DNA of 63,998 nt, filler included, from Jimgerdemannia flammicorona (GCA_003990765.1; 3 parts of 3 records of this genome joined end to end with filler, not necessarily neighbours in it); one strand, 5' to 3'; positions 37,105 through 51,700 are shown, counted from the first letter of the whole stretch. Numbers and translations: made by a program. Notes: generated by a model not told the origin, from the letters alone.

Positions 37105-40100
37105 TGTAAGAGGGTTACTTTTTAGGGTAACCATTACGTAGTTCTGGAAAGGTTTTCTGGATATTCTGAATGTTCTGGAAGACCGTTTTCTTATGGTCAA
37201 GATCAATTTTGTATAGAGTACGTCCTCTACGCTTATTGATTTCAAAATTGGGTTGACGTCTCAACCAAAGTCCTTTTTCGGACTAGTTCTGGATATTCAG
37301 GATTTTCCGTATTTCAGGAAGTTCAAGAAACTAAGACCAGCTTAGTTGAATTGGCATATTGCTGCAGACAATACCCAATTAGGAAATTTCGTGACGGGGT
37401 TAGGAGTAGGACCTAACAGAGAGTGGATTTACTTAAGAGTGGTTTGTGGGTTATGGAATAGATTTATTTGCTATTCATGATATTGCTATACTAGGAGTAT
37501 TTGTGTGAAGGGGTATTATGGGGAAGTATTCAAGAGTTGTGTTCGGATTGTTCAAGTCTGTCCAGTCTGAGATTCTGAGGTCTGGGGGAGGGGGTATTTA
37601 TACTAGTGAGGGGCTATCTGGACTATGCTGAATGTGGATGTGGCACTAAGTGCCTTGCTGAGTCGGAATGCAGTCACGTAGTACAAGTGTGATCTGACAT
37701 GTCAAGAGATCATCTGTCTGCTGAGTCAGTTTACAGTCACGTCGTACAAGGCTAATCTAACTATATTATAACTGCTAGACTATTTATAGGTTTAGGCACT
37801 ATCTGGGTAGTCCTCAATGACATCACCATCGATTGCATCATCTCTGATGAAGTAGTCATCTAGGAATAATGGTTCGCGGATTACTTCTCCTTGTTGGCTG
37901 AGGTAGTAATACATTGGGACTTCATCTCCATCCCACAGGATAGCATCATCTGTTTCGTATGCTGGATAAGGTGTTGGTGGGCGAAGGATGGGTGTACTGT
38001 CTTCGCTTTCATCAGATTCACTGTCTGCATACCTTCTATAGGTTACAGCACTATGAGTTGCAGGATTGTAGTAAGCTGGTGGCTGTGGTTCATGTTGCTT
38101 GTACTCAGGTGGTGGAGTGGTTGATTCAATCTCGAGGGTTGTCTGGAGGTACAGGTTGTGTTCTCCGGTCTCTTCATTGTAGTTGAGTAGTCGGGAATGA
38201 ATGCGGGTTGGTATTCGTACCAGTGGTCATTGTCCCAATAAGTCTCGTATGTGGTTATGAACTGTTGCAAGTTCATCGGCAAGTTTGGCGGAGTGATCAG
38301 GGTTGGCAGAGATCCTTGGCTAGAGGTCATGTCGGCATCAGAGGGGTCATTGTCTTCTGCTTCATCTTCGTCGAAGTGGATTATATCATAGACATCCTTT
38401 ATGGCGTATCCGACTTGAGGCATTTGCAGGATGTGGTCATCAGGGTGTGGGAAGGTTCTGTCTGTGGTCTGGACATATTCGAGGTACTTGTGGTTGATTT
38501 CTTGTATCATGTCATCGATTTGGCCATAGGACAGGGTAGCAACCATTTCGCTGGTAGTAACTTGGAGGCGGGAAATAAAGGTGTTGTACTCATAGAAAAG
38601 TTCTCGATGTTTGCGGGCGATGAGCTTCTGGTGTTAAGACATCTGGGTAATATCTGTATCATGGTGGTGTTCGACCATGTCTTCTAGGAGGCGGCCGATC
38701 TGGTAGTAGCTTGAGATTTGTCCGATTCGGTGGGCCTCGCTAAGCATGTTCAGGGCGTTCCATCAGGCTTCCATGAAGTAGAGGGGTGCCAGGCTATGGA
38801 TATTCATGAGGGGCAGAGGGGGTGTGGCTCGGTTGACAATGGCATTCCAAATGTCGGCGCGGATGCGGTTGTAGATCTCAGTGGTCATATTTGTGTGTTT
38901 GGAAGTTGTGGTTGTTGTTTGTTTTGGTTCTCTGATTCGACACATCTTGGTGCTCAGTATATATGCATTTGGTCCTGATTGGTAAGGTTCCGTTTGTGTA
39001 GATCTTGTGTTCCATGACTTCATATTGACTTAGCTTTGTGCGCTGTGACTTCGGTTTGACTCAGCTTCGTGATCAAGCAGGTAATTTCCAGATTTGTTTG
39101 GAGGTCATGTGTGATTTCAGTGGCTTGTTCAGAGGGTGACATGTAATTTCGGTGGCTTGGAGGTTGTGCACTTACAACTCTCCCCTTCTTAGCTTTCGAC
39201 GTCCTCGTCGGGGCCTTCTAATTTTGTTCTATTATTGTTACACCATTTGGGAGGTCAAAAGTCTGGTAAGGTCTATTTTCTCAGAAAGTGGCATACTCAT
39301 AGTACAGTTGTCTAATGCATTGGATTTACATGTTAAAGGGTCATGTATTCGATGCCATGCGCCGGAAGTGATTCTAACGTCATTCACTGCTGGAGAATTT
39401 CCTCTAAGGAATCTTCTTAAATGTCTACACCTCGTTTCCCACCAGTGGTACGGGGAGAATAGGCTTGCTTTCAGTTTTGCTATTTTTCCAGAGGGTCGGT
39501 ATTCTTGTCTTATTTTGCTGAGTTCTTGGTTTGGTTCACAATAATTATAATGTTCAGGAGGATAATATATGGTATGTACAGATAGGTGCAGAGTATTTGG
39601 TTCTAGTTGTTCAAGGAATCATATTCCTGAACCAGGTCAGTAGCATTCTGAAGATTGGTCTTGGGTTCCCAGGTTGCATCATGGATCGGGTAACCTTTCC
39701 ATTTGACAAGGTACTCGGAATGGTTCTTGTTGCTACGTTGGTTGAGGATTTGTTCAACTTCATATTCTTCTTGGTCATTTATGATGACAGGTGCAGGTGG
39801 TTTGGTGGTTTGATTTGGAAATAGCTCACCGTCATTGTCATTATACCGCTTGAGACATTGAACATTAAAGACTGGGTGAATCTTAATGGTGTCTGGTAGC
39901 GCCAATTTGTAGGAGGTTGGAGAGACTTGTGCAATGACTTCAAATGGTCCAATAAACTTGCTGTTCAGCTTTGTAGATGGTCTGTGCTTGAGGTTGTCAA
40001 CTCGGTATCCTCTGATGTCTAGTAGAACTTTTTCTCCAATGTCAAAGGTTTCTTCTCGGCGGTGTTGGTTAACATACTGTAACTGTTGTTCTTGAGCTCG

Positions 40101-43032
40101 TGATAAATTCTCAATTGCGATCTGGCTTAGATTGTGCATTCGGAGTAGGAATTCTTCAATAGCTTCGACTGTGGAGGGTTCTTCGGTGGTTCGGATAAGT
40201 GTCAAAGGGGTGTTTGGGTTTTGTCCAGTGTTGGCAAAGAATGGGGTCATTCCAAGAGAGGCTTGCTTGCTGTTGTTGTAGGCAAACTTGACTGCAGTGA
40301 GATGTTCATGCCAATCATCTTGTCTGTAGGAGATATAGTTCCTTAGCATTTGTTCCAGAGTTCGGTTCATTCTTTTGGTTTGGCCATCGGTTTCGGGGTG
40401 AAAGACTGTGGATAGTGCAAGTTTCGTTCCAAGGTGTGTATGGAGGGCTTTCCAAAAGTGGCTGGTGAATTTCAGATCTCGGTCACTAACAATGATCTTA
40501 GGAAGACCATGATAGTGGAAGATATTGTCAAACAAGAGTGTGGCTATGTCTGGTGCTATTGCTGTAGTGGTAGTAGGCACAAAGTGGGCTTGTTTGCTGA
40601 GATAGTCCACAAAGACAATAATTGCATCTTTCCCATTCTTGGTTCGGGGTAGTTGTACAATGAAGTCCATAGAGATTTATTCCCAATTTGCGGATGGTAC
40701 TGGAATGGGGTGGAGTAAGCTGGGTTTTGCTAGTGTTGAGGACTTGTTTCTTTGGCAGGCATCACAGGAAGTGATGTAGGTTTTGAGCTGATCTGCCATG
40801 CGGGGCCAATAGAAGTTTCGGGAGATAACTTCGTAACATTTATCGAATTCTAAATGTCCGGCTATAGGGGCATCATGACATTCGAATAAGATAGTCCTTC
40901 GGAGATCTCGGTTGTTCGGAACATACAGTCTGTTCTTATAGTAGATAGCATTGTCCTTGAGTTGGTATTGGTTGTACCGGGTATGCTTATCAGCAGCATC
41001 ATTGTTCAGGATTTCTCAGAGTACTTGAGCTTCTTTATCATCTACACATGCTGCGATGATTTGTTCTATGATGGTGTTGGTAACCAAGGTTAGAGTTTGG
41101 ATAACCTCTTTGATTGATGGTCTGGAGATTGCATCAGCAACAATGTTTTCCTTGCCAGGGTGGTACTGGATTTCGTAGTCAAAGTTGGTGAGGACTTTCA
41201 TCCATCTAGCTTGCTTTCGAGAAAGGGTAGCCTGTGTCTTGATGTTGACTAATGACTTGTGGTCAGTCAATATAGTGAAGTGTGCTCCTTCTAGATATGG
41301 TCGCTATTTGATCAGAGTATCTATGATGGCTAGCATTTCCTTCTCATGAGTTACGTAGTTGATTTCGGCATCATTGAACTTGCGGGAGTGATAGGCCACA
41401 GGGTGTCCTTCTTGCATGAGCACTGCTCCAAGAGCTAGGTCAGAGGCATCAGTAGTGACTTCATATGGTAGGGCAGGGTTTGCTGCTTGAAGTACTGGTG
41501 TGGTTATCAGGGCATCTTTCAGCGCTTGGAAGGTGGTATCTTGTTCGGGTCCCCAATTTACAAGATTGTTGAAGTCTTTCTCTTGTTTCATGGTCCAGGG
41601 TTGTTCTTGTTTCTTGTTATGCTTGGTCATTTGGGTGAGGGCAGTAGCGATTTTAGCAAAGTTGGCAACGAATCGCCTGTAATAGTTTGCTAATCCCAGG
41701 AATGACTGGAGGTCTTTCAGCTTCTTCGGTCTGGGTCAATATTTGATTGCAGAGATTTTGCTGGGGTCTACTTTGATTCCATTTGGAGTGACAATGTGTC
41801 CAAGGAATTGAATTTCTTTCAGAAGAAATTCACACTTGCTGAGTTTTGCAAAGAGTTGGTTTTCTTGGAGTTTCAGTAGTACTAGTTCAAGGTGTTCAAG
41901 ATGTTCCTCCAGGGTTTTGCTGAAGACTAGGATGTCATCAATGTAGACAACAACGAATTTGTCCAGGTAAGGATGCAGAATGGTATTCATCAGTGTCTGG
42001 AAGGTTGCTAGAGCATTAGTTAAGCCAAAGGGCATAACCAGGAACTCAAAGTGTCCATAGTGAGTTTGGAAAGCTGTCTTGTAGATGTCTTCTTCTTTCA
42101 TGGCAATTTGCCAGTAACCATTTCACAGGTCAAAAGAGCTCATGAATTGTGGGTTGATAAGTCTATCAAATATTTCATTGATCCTCGGTAGTGGGCAACA
42201 GTTCTTGATGGTCTGTTCATTGAGATCATAGTAGTCAATACACATTCGTAGGTCTCCTCCTTTCTTGACAACGAAGAGGACTGGTGCACCATAGGGTGAT
42301 ATGCTGGGTCTGATGAATCCTTGTTCTAGGAGTTCGTTGATTTCCTTCTTGAGTGCATCAATTTCTCTCAGAGACATGTGGTAGATTGACTTGAAGGCTG
42401 GTTTGGCATCTGGGATAGTCTTGATTGCATGGTCTACTGCTCGTTTGGGAGGTAGGCCTTTCAGGAGCTTCTTTGGGAATATGTCTTGGAATTTCTGGAG
42501 TAGTGGTCTGACATGGCTGTCAACTTTGGAAAAGTCCTCTTCAGAGTTCTTGGGTTCTCCTTTGGATGGGCGGATGGAGATAGCAAAGAGAGGGCATTTC
42601 TTGGTCAATTTCTTAAGTTGTAGCTTGTTGATGTGGGTGATCTTTGGTCCAGGGTCACTAGAGCTGAGTGGGTCCTTCTTGCCTTGTAGTTTGAAGTTGT
42701 GGCATCCTTTCTTGATGGTCAGAGAATGGTTTACCCAATCGATCATGGGGTTCTCTTGTTTTAACCATGGAGTCCCAAGGATGATTTCATTGTCTGGAAG
42801 TGGTACAATTTGGAGGGTAACATGTACTCAGTAGTCACCAATTCGGAAGGGTAGATTGCGGACTTCTTTGCTAATAACATGTGAGATTCCATCTGCTGTA
42901 GCAACTGCTTGAGTTTGCTGTACTGGGGAGGTGAAGACCTTGAGTCTGTTGGCTGTCTCCTCATTGATGAAATTGCCTGAGGCACCACTGTCTATCATAA
43001 TCTTGACAGGTGCTCTATTGACAAAAGCCTTA
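37105..43032 (-). mobile_element. Family B chromovirus-type Gypsy: protease-RT-RNase H-integrase-chromodomain + 3' LTR (37105-39176)
   Basis: [53 protein letters not shown], and a 355-aa integrase ending in chromodomain EEYEVEQIL..YLVKWKGYP..ATWEP. The 5' end is lost in the gap. Confidence 0.95.
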
Positions 43033-43132
43033 NNNNNNNNNNNNNNNNNNNNNNNNNNNNNNNNNNNNNNNNNNNNTTAATTAATTAANNNNNNNNNNNN
43101 NNNNNNNNNNNNNNNNNNNNNNNNNNNNNNNN
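43033..43132. other. Scaffold gap with TTAATTAATTAA linker
   Basis: N run with linker. Confidence 0.95.
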
Positions 43133-43241
43133 TGGAGAAGAAAAAAAAAAGAGGGGTGACAAAAGGGGGATAAGTAAAGGGAGAATAACTGTTTAGATTT
43201 TAGAGGGTAGAAAGTTGTTTATAAAGGTTAGAGTACAAGAG

Positions 43242-43276
<35 letters not shown>

Positions 43277-43278
<2 letters not shown>

Positions 43279-44232
43279 ATATACTTTTAAGTATATATCT
43301 AAAATCCCAACATATATATAAGACTATATCTGAGTTAAATAGTATAGCTCCTACTGTCTTAAGAAGAGTAACAGGTAAATAAAAAACTCTTCTTAAAGTA
43401 TAGAACAGTAGATAGGACCTAGTTCTTCCTGATGAGATAAGTAGAGAACTTATATATAAGGTAAAAAGAGACTCCCAATATTCCACTACTTAAGTCTGCA
43501 GATCTTGATTATATTACTATATCAGTTTTTAGTTCCAGTTAAGTATAGCTAAGATGTCTGATCTAGGTAGCCTTAGGCCCTCTAACTACTCTTAATGACT
43601 AGGACCCAATCTCACAAATTGCTAAAAGCAGTCAAGAGTAATACCTATTATCTAATTACTCTATACCAATCAGAAGGTCCTACCAATGTAATATCTATCT
43701 CTATTCCAATAATTACCCCCAGCCTGGCACTCTACTAATCTATTATAATTGTCCTTTCTCTTATCTATAATAGCTATCTCCTCTCTTATCCCAACTCTAT
43801 CTAAAAAGCAGTCACCTATACCAGAACTATACTTGCCAGAAAGCTCACCAAAGCTCAGAGGGCTCCACCACAGATACTGAAGATCTATAGGTAATCTATA
43901 CTAATACTTGATACCCAAGATTGGCCAACACTATATGTAATTTATAATATATCAGATGATATTTTGTTAATAATAACAAAAGAAAGAAGATATTATACTA
44001 AAATAAATATACTCCAGATATAACTGAAGATATCAGAAACTGCAAAAAAGTATAGAAGATACTGATTGGATACTAATAAAGGAATAACTCATTACCATTA
44101 TCTCTCTCTCACTATGTTCTTATATATAAATATAGCAAATCAATCTAAAGTAGAAGAGGTAATAATAGAAGAAAGAAAACTTAAAAGATTGCCTACCAAA
44201 TCTTATAACCAGTAAGATAGCAGAGAAAGAAG
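43277..44232 (-). mobile_element. Heavily decayed copy of the 1.18-kb retroposon
   Basis: Colinear with 51990-52925 with many C-to-T and G-to-A changes. Confidence 0.85.
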
Positions 44233-44792
44233 TACTTAAGATAATATCTATATAAATTGTTTAATACAAATTTATAAAAAAAAATTATATTATAATAATA
44301 TTTTTATAAAAGATAAGAAATTTCTGTAAAAATTAATAGTAGTTATATAGTAATTGTATAATTCACTAATATATATATATATATAATCTAGTTATATATA
44401 TCTTTATATTGTAATATCTTTATAAGTTTATTATTGGAAAAAATCTATAGAATTTAGTAAAAATACATATAAATAATATATAACTAAAGTTTAAAAGGTT
44501 GAAATATACTGATTTCTAATTATAACTATAGGATTTTTTTTTAAGTAATAATTTATAATATAAAATAATAATTTAAAAAACTTAAGATTATTAAGTTTAA
44601 TATAACTAATTAGTAATATAATTTAAGCTTAAGAGACTTAATATATATATTATATTAAGCTTATTATTAATAATTTAAATATATACTAGCTATATATATA
44701 TTGAGTTTACTAAAGTATACTTGCTAAGCTTATTAACTTATCAATATATACTATATATACTGAGCTTACTAATATATATATATATATATTAC

Positions 44793-44825
<33 letters not shown>

Positions 44826-45689
44826 TTTAAAAAAAATAAAATAAAATTAGGTCCTAGTAGATTTTTATTAGAAGAGAATCTACACTATATAAGTCAAAAC
44901 TCTCTCACCCTCTTCTCTAAATACTACTCTCTTATTATTCTTAGACTATAATGAGAACTAGTAGTTATACTATTTTAGCTATATAAGAGTAGTATTATAT
45001 ATCTCTATCTCAACAATATATAGATCAGACTTATCTATTCATCAGGACTAAATTATCAGACCAATACTGTTGTAAATATATTGAAAATATAGAGTAAAAA
45101 GAAGAGTAGTAATATTATTTATTGATTGTTTATATTTTTATATATTGAGTAATATAACTTAAAGATAATATAGTTATATATAAGTCACATTATTGAGATA
45201 TATAATAATGAGAATTTCAATACTCTTACTCAATGAGATAATATGTAAGAATATAATATATGTAGAAATATAATATAACTAAGTAATAACTACAAAATAA
45301 CTCTAAATATACTAAAAGAATACTATCTATATATACTTAAAGTATAAGAAATTATAGTGAAAATAAAGAATATAGATAGATCTCAGTAATAGAAATCTCA
45401 AATAGAAGAAGAAGAAGAAAAAAAAAAACTGATAAATAACTATAATATAATACTTGAAGAGAGAGGAATATTGAAAGATATAATATATTATTTTTCTATT
45501 TTCTTTTTATTATAAAATATCTTATAATTATCTATTACTGATATATAGTTTTATTGCTAATATAGTTTACCATAAGACTTATTTCTTTAGTATATTACTT
45601 AAATTTAGATCCTAAAAGAGCTTTAGTAAGATAATCTGTAATTATATATTCTATAAAAATGTATAGTTTCATTTTATATATATTCTCTA

Positions 45690-47871
45690 ATATAATAGTA
45701 TTATACTTTAATATACTTTATTCTGCTATAATAAATATGATTTTTTGTCATAGTAATCATTGATAGGTTATTCTGATGAATAAGTATAGAGTGCTATTCT
45801 TAATTGAAGCCAAGTTTTTTAATAGCTAATATAGTCAACTTTCTTTATTATTATAGATAATATATAAATCTACAATAGTATAAAGTAAGTCTTATGAAGG
45901 CTTGAGCTTCTATAATAGTAGTAGGTTTTAAATATATATATATACTACTACTGCTTAAATCTTAAGAGGGTTTGTATATATTCTATCCTAATTAATAATA
46001 TAGCTAAGATAGAAAATCTCAATTTCTGTTCTTTTTAGACTTAATATACAAATCATTATTTCTCAATTTCTCTATTATCTATTAGATATACTGTAAGTAG
46101 TCCTGTACTATCTTACTGTAAATAATAATATTATTTATATAAACTATCATTCATTTTTCTATATTATAGTAGAATATTTTGTTCATCATTTGCTAAAAGC
46201 TTACTACTATATTGTACATTCTGAATAGTATTTACAAATAAATATAGATTCTATCTAGGGTGATAAAGACTGACTTTTTACTTACTGTTTCTGTGAGGCC
46301 AATTTGGTAGAATCTTGAATATAAATCCAAAGTACTGTAATACTGTACTTTATTTTTTGAAGTTATGAGAATATCATCAATAAGAGATAATAGTTTTGGT
46401 AACCAGATTGAGTTTTCTGTAATCAGTACAGAGTCTTGAAACAAATTCTTCAAGTTTGCTTTCTTTCTTTAGAGCTAGTATAACTTGCAAAGCCTAAGAA
46501 CTACTAGCTACTTTGATAATACTAGTTTCTTTTATTTACTTGATTTCTTCTCTGAGCTATTTACAGTAAGCTAGTGAGATGAGTCTTGCCTTTTAATAGA
46601 TTGGTTTAGTGTCTTCTATATCTATTACTGATAGTATAGTGTCTTTTCTTTAATATCTTTAAAATCTATAATAAGAATATTCTCAAATTTATAGAGTATC
46701 TTCTTGAGTTTCTTCTTGAGTAAGAATTTATTCTTAATAATATAGCTATACTTATTTATGGTTTCTTCTTTCTTGTCTTCTCTTCTTATAGATCTGAATT
46801 CTTTCTTTCCTCTGTTTATTTTTTTTCAACTTTTTGACTTCTATAATCTTTAACTATAGAATTAGAAAGATCAATATTTATGCCAGTTAGTTCTTTTTCT
46901 TGATTGGAAATAGAATTATAGGATTGTAGTTCCTAGGAATAAGTAGTATTTCTCTAATATAATCTGAATCAATAACTTCTTCTTCAATAGTAATCTTACT
47001 TTTAGTTAGACTGCTTCTTGTCTTGAGAATTATAATATAGTCTTTTGAAATAGTTATCTTTAGACCAGTTATGAACAGAGTAGTTGTTTGGAGTTCAAGT
47101 ATAGTTTTCTCTACTATAGTAACATCTATTCTAGCTATATTCTCTGACTTATATTCTAGTAGAATTATATTAGAATAAATCTTCCAAATCCTGATCTTGA
47201 TTTTTTTTTCATTATTACTATCTTTTAGAAGAGCTAGTAGTTTATCATTCTTCTCATCTTTTGTTTTTTCTCTTCTTTAGTAATAGATTTTCTTAACTCT
47301 GATAGTATATTGATAATAGCTATTAATATGCTCTATATAATATATCCTAATTCTATATAGGCAGATTCTTTATAGTATATATCTTTTAACAATCTTCTAT
47401 ACTAGTCTTCTTTGCTCATCTATCTAATCTTTTTTTTCTTTTTCTAAGTAGTCACTATATAGGCTTCTTCTTGCTTATTTTCTTCTTTTTCTATTTCAGA
47501 TAGAACTTCTTTATTGATATTATGTAATAGAGATTTATATTTTCTATCTATAGTAGATAATCTATATCTTCTAAGTATTTAGATCAATTATTACTCTGAC
47601 TTTATGAAGCCATCAGTTACTGATAAGAATATTATAGTTAATTGCATTAGTTATAATTATATCTACTATGATAATTACTTCTCTAAACTTGATAGAAATA
47701 TCTCAGATCTTTTTCAAGAGTGTAACTCTTATATAATCTGCTGTGATGAGCACTAACTTGGTTACTTCTTCAACCTTAGTCTACTGTCTTCTTATTGAGG
47801 AGACATCTTTTTACTCTAGTATCAATAATAGCTTCAAAGACTTTATTCTCAATCTAATAGATTGCATAGGC
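45690..47871 (-). mobile_element. Very decayed Gypsy pol remnant with dUTPase (~46790-47160) upstream of RT
   Basis: TRSSLTK..IEEEVIDSDYIREI...LA*ILI...RGKKEF (dUTPase motifs 2-5 with G-to-A changes). RT: LPKLLSLIDDIL..YYSTLDLYSRFYQIGL..SVFIT at 46232-46453. Confidence 0.75.
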
Positions 47872-48332
47872 AGAAATCTTGTAATTATCAGTACCTTTTA
47901 CCAGTAACAATCAGGTGATATAAGACTCAGGCAATATTTTCTACAACATTTTTGATGAAAGGTGACTAGCAACATAGACAGCAATATATGTTCTAGTGAG
48001 CATATTAGCCAGGGGGGCAGCAGTGCCTTTGGCTGGCAGTATGTGGGGAGGGGGGGGAGTGATGGTTTGGGAATTCTAGGGTCTTCTATAACTGGCTGCA
48101 GTACTGGTGGTAGAGGAAGAGGTGGATTGAGGCAATGAAGAGGAGAGAGGACAACCTTTGCAGACAAGGTCAAGATGGGGAGAATGGCATCTGGTCTGGA
48201 TAGCTGGCTGGGTCTGGGGAAGACATCAACAGCTACTGCTGAAGGACAGAGAGGGGCCCCCATGAGAGGGTCAGGCAGTAGGGAAGGGGGGGGAGTAAGG
48301 GTTAGAGATGTGACTGCTGATTAAGCTGTGAC

Positions 48333-48715
48333 TAGTGCTCCCAACGAATCGAATCAAGGGTCCAATTCGATTCGATTCGAATTGAATCAAAGGTCCAATT
48401 CGATTTGAAGTTCAATTCAAACCTTAATTTTCAAAATGTAATAACTCGACGAAGACTCATCCAAATTTAACGTATTTTAGCTTGTTAGATTCACCATATT
48501 AATGTGATTCTAACAAGCTAAAGTACGTTAGATTTGGATGAGATTACGCTGAGTTATTGCATTTTGAAAATTAGGGTTCGAATTAGACCCTCAATTCGAT
48601 TCAACTTTTGATTCGATTCAAATTGATTCGAATTGAAAAATCCCCAATTCGATTTGACTCATTTAACACTCAATTCGATTCGATTCGAATTGATTGGACT
48701 CATTTGGGAGCACTA
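48333..48715. mobile_element. hAT-type MITE (383 bp) inserted in the LINE
   Basis: 12-bp TIR TAGTGCTCCCAA/TTGGGAGCACTA, 8-bp TSD GCTGTGAC, subterminal AATTCGATT repeats and a long internal palindrome. Confidence 0.92.
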
Positions 48716-51700
48716 GCTGTGACTAGGGATCTGGAAAAAAATCCAAATATGATGGTAGTTAGTGGTTCAGGACAGAGGGTGGGCATGAGGCCCAGAGACC
48801 TGGCTGATAGTATGATGGGCATAGTATTGATACTATTACTCAAGAAATCAAGGTTGGAATTCACCATCACATTGTATTTCTGGGGCTTGGTAGTGACTAT
48901 GAGGATGATCTTAGGACTGGTGGTACAAGAGGTGAAGAGAGCAGCATTGGTGAAGTTCTTGAAGGAGAAAGAAGAGGTTGAGATTGGGTTTGAGGAAGAG
49001 GTATCATTGTTGGGAGCTATGGAGAAGAGGGTAATAGTGGGCAGAGTGGTGGTCTCTATGGCCAGATACATGCACTGGATCCCCCAAGTGGTGCAGTTGA
49101 TGGTATTTGATCTTCCTACAGTATTGAGGGAGAGGGCCAGGGAGTTGATTGTGAAGGCGGTCAAGGAGTATAGAAAGATTGTGGATATCAGGTTTAGAGT
49201 CTGAGAGAATACTAAGCTCTGGACTGGTGATATCAACATCCAGGTGAGGCTGGCTAGAAAGGAGAACATGGGGAAGGCAAGGGATTAGCTAGTGACTCTT
49301 AAGTAGGAACTGGTAGAGTGCAAGGTCTTGTAGATGAAGAGGATACCAGAAGAGGAGAAGGATTTGCTAGAGGCTCTTGAAGATCTGATAGAAGTAGTTG
49401 AGAGGAAGAGATTGACTTAGAAGGAGTATGAAGCCAGGATAGTGGTGGAAATGGTCAATAGAAAGAGGATCAGGATAGACTGGGTGATCTGGGAGAAGAT
49501 GCAGGGGAGGCAAATCCAGAAGGAGCTGCTGGAGAGGTTGGGAGGCAGTGGAGCAGACAGTGGTACAGGAGAAAGTGGCACAGGATTGCAAGAGAGTACC
49601 TGGGCTGGGGAGCACAGGATGGCCCAAGGTTGAGCCCAGGGTGGAATGAGTGAGGAGAGACAGAGTGATATAGAGGCAGATATAGAAATGAGTAAGGGAG
49701 TATACTCTCAGTATGATGTCCTGGGTGGAGCAGAGGGTGAGGAGGAACTACTGGATGTACCAGAGGAGAAGTGGGATGAGTCAGTGAGGAGGAGTGCTTT
49801 GGTGGACCCAGAGGTGGGGGTTGAAAGGATCACCCAAGGTGTTGCAGAGGCAGTGGACAAGGAGAAGTAGTTGTGGAAGACTCTGGAAGGGGTGGCAGTG
49901 GAGGAGCTAGGGAGAGAGAACTTCCAGATTATGAGTAATAGGCATTGGGAGGAAATTCTTCATGATGAGGAGATACTGAGAAAGGTTAGGAATGAGATTC
50001 TGATGGTACTCTTGGAATCAGTTGAATATCAAGTAGATGATCAGAGGGAGGAGGAACTTCAAGTGATTGCAAATAACTGGGCAGCATACTTGTGGTATTT
50101 GAGAAAGAGGTTGGAGAAGTGGAGAGTAGTCTGCATGGATTATTAAACAGAAATGGAAGTTGTGAATGGGGTGGAGTATCAAGAAATCTTAGAGACATTG
50201 GATGCTCAGGTAGTAGTGAAAGGTGATCTGAAAGCAGAGCAGTGCTTGAATCTGGCTGAGAATGAGATGAGCATAGAATACTAGTCTGGGCTCTCAATAT
50301 CAAACATTATTCAATATGAATAGTATAATTAGAATCTTATCTTTGAACATGAATGGGTTGTGGAGTATAGTGCAGTAAAGGTATATATTTGATTGGCTCA
50401 AAGAACTGGATGCAGATTTTTTCTTACTGTAGGATATATATTATGAGGCAGATGTGGACTTATAGGATTAGACTAGAGAATGAGGGGGGGCAGCAGTGTG
50501 GTATGAGTAGGTGGGTATTCTAATCAGAAAGGGGATGGGGGAAATTAGTGATATTGGACATTGGGGAAGTAGATTGATGTAAAGAGTGTGGAAGAGGCCT
50601 GGATGGAGCCCTCTGACTGTTGGGTCATATTATTGTCCAGCAGAGAGGGGGGAATAGATAGATTGGATCAGAAATTTGAAAGAAGCCAGTGTTATAGATA
50701 AGGCAGGGATTGACTGCCTGGGAGGTGATTTCAACATAATATAGAATAATATGATAGACTGATGAGGGGAGAGGGATGAGGGGCAGAAGTGGTGGATTGG
50801 ATGATTAGATAGAGATAGAGAGATTGAGTTCTTTGGTTGACTTGGAGAGATAGTTTTGGGAGGATCATAGAATTTATACTCACTGGGCAGTAGGGCTGGG
50901 CTCTAGGATTGACTGTATATTGATAGCAGAGTACTGGGGAGTAGATATCTGGGCCATACTGGAGGTAGTTTGGTGCCTATGGTCAGATTACCGAGGTCTG
51001 ATAGGGAGGGGGAGGCTTGGGAGAATTGGGGATGGGCCTGGACATTGGTGACTGAATTCTTCTTTGTTGGAGGATAGTTCTTTATGGATAGACTGAGAGG
51101 TAGAGGTTATTGGGAAGATTGGTAGGTAGTGGGAGGAGAGACTGATAATTGGAGATTGCTGGCAGAGGCTAAAATTGAGTTCTCAGAGGTATTGGAGAGA
51201 GGCAGGGAAAGGAAGGAGTACTCAGTGGTGGCAGAGAGTGCAATGGGCTTTGTAGTGATTAGTGATGCTCCTGGGGAGATGGGCAGGGGCACTAGTGGAT
51301 TGGGAGGCAGCTGACTAGCATATTCTGCAGATTCAAAAGGAAGTAGATGAGCTTAAGGAAGTGATATGAATGGAGAAAGGGGGTTAAGTTGAAGGGGATA
51401 GTGGTACAGCTATAGTAATAAGAGTTGGAAGAGGGAGAGAGACCCACTAGGTTTTTATTTGGTTGCTCCAAGTACAAAGAGCAAAACAGTAGTGGGATAG
51501 TATCTTGGATAAGAATGGGGAGATGGTGGTGGGGACTCCTGTAATTCTGAAATTGCTGAGAATACACTGGGGGAACTTATGGAGTGAGGAAGGAGAGAGA
51601 AGTGACTATAAAAAAAAAAAAAAAAAAAAAAAAAGAAGAAGGAAGTGAGGATGCTCTGAATATTGAACATCATTTGGAGAATTGGCATCCAGACCCTCCT

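Noticed and set aside
39195..39215. CGACGTCCTCGTCG resembling a ribozyme L3
   Set aside because: Small hairpin beside the PPT on the antisense strand of the LTR element; other HDV helices are absent.
48700..49269. 189-aa minus-strand ORF
   Set aside because: Antisense shadow of the purine-rich LINE ORF1.
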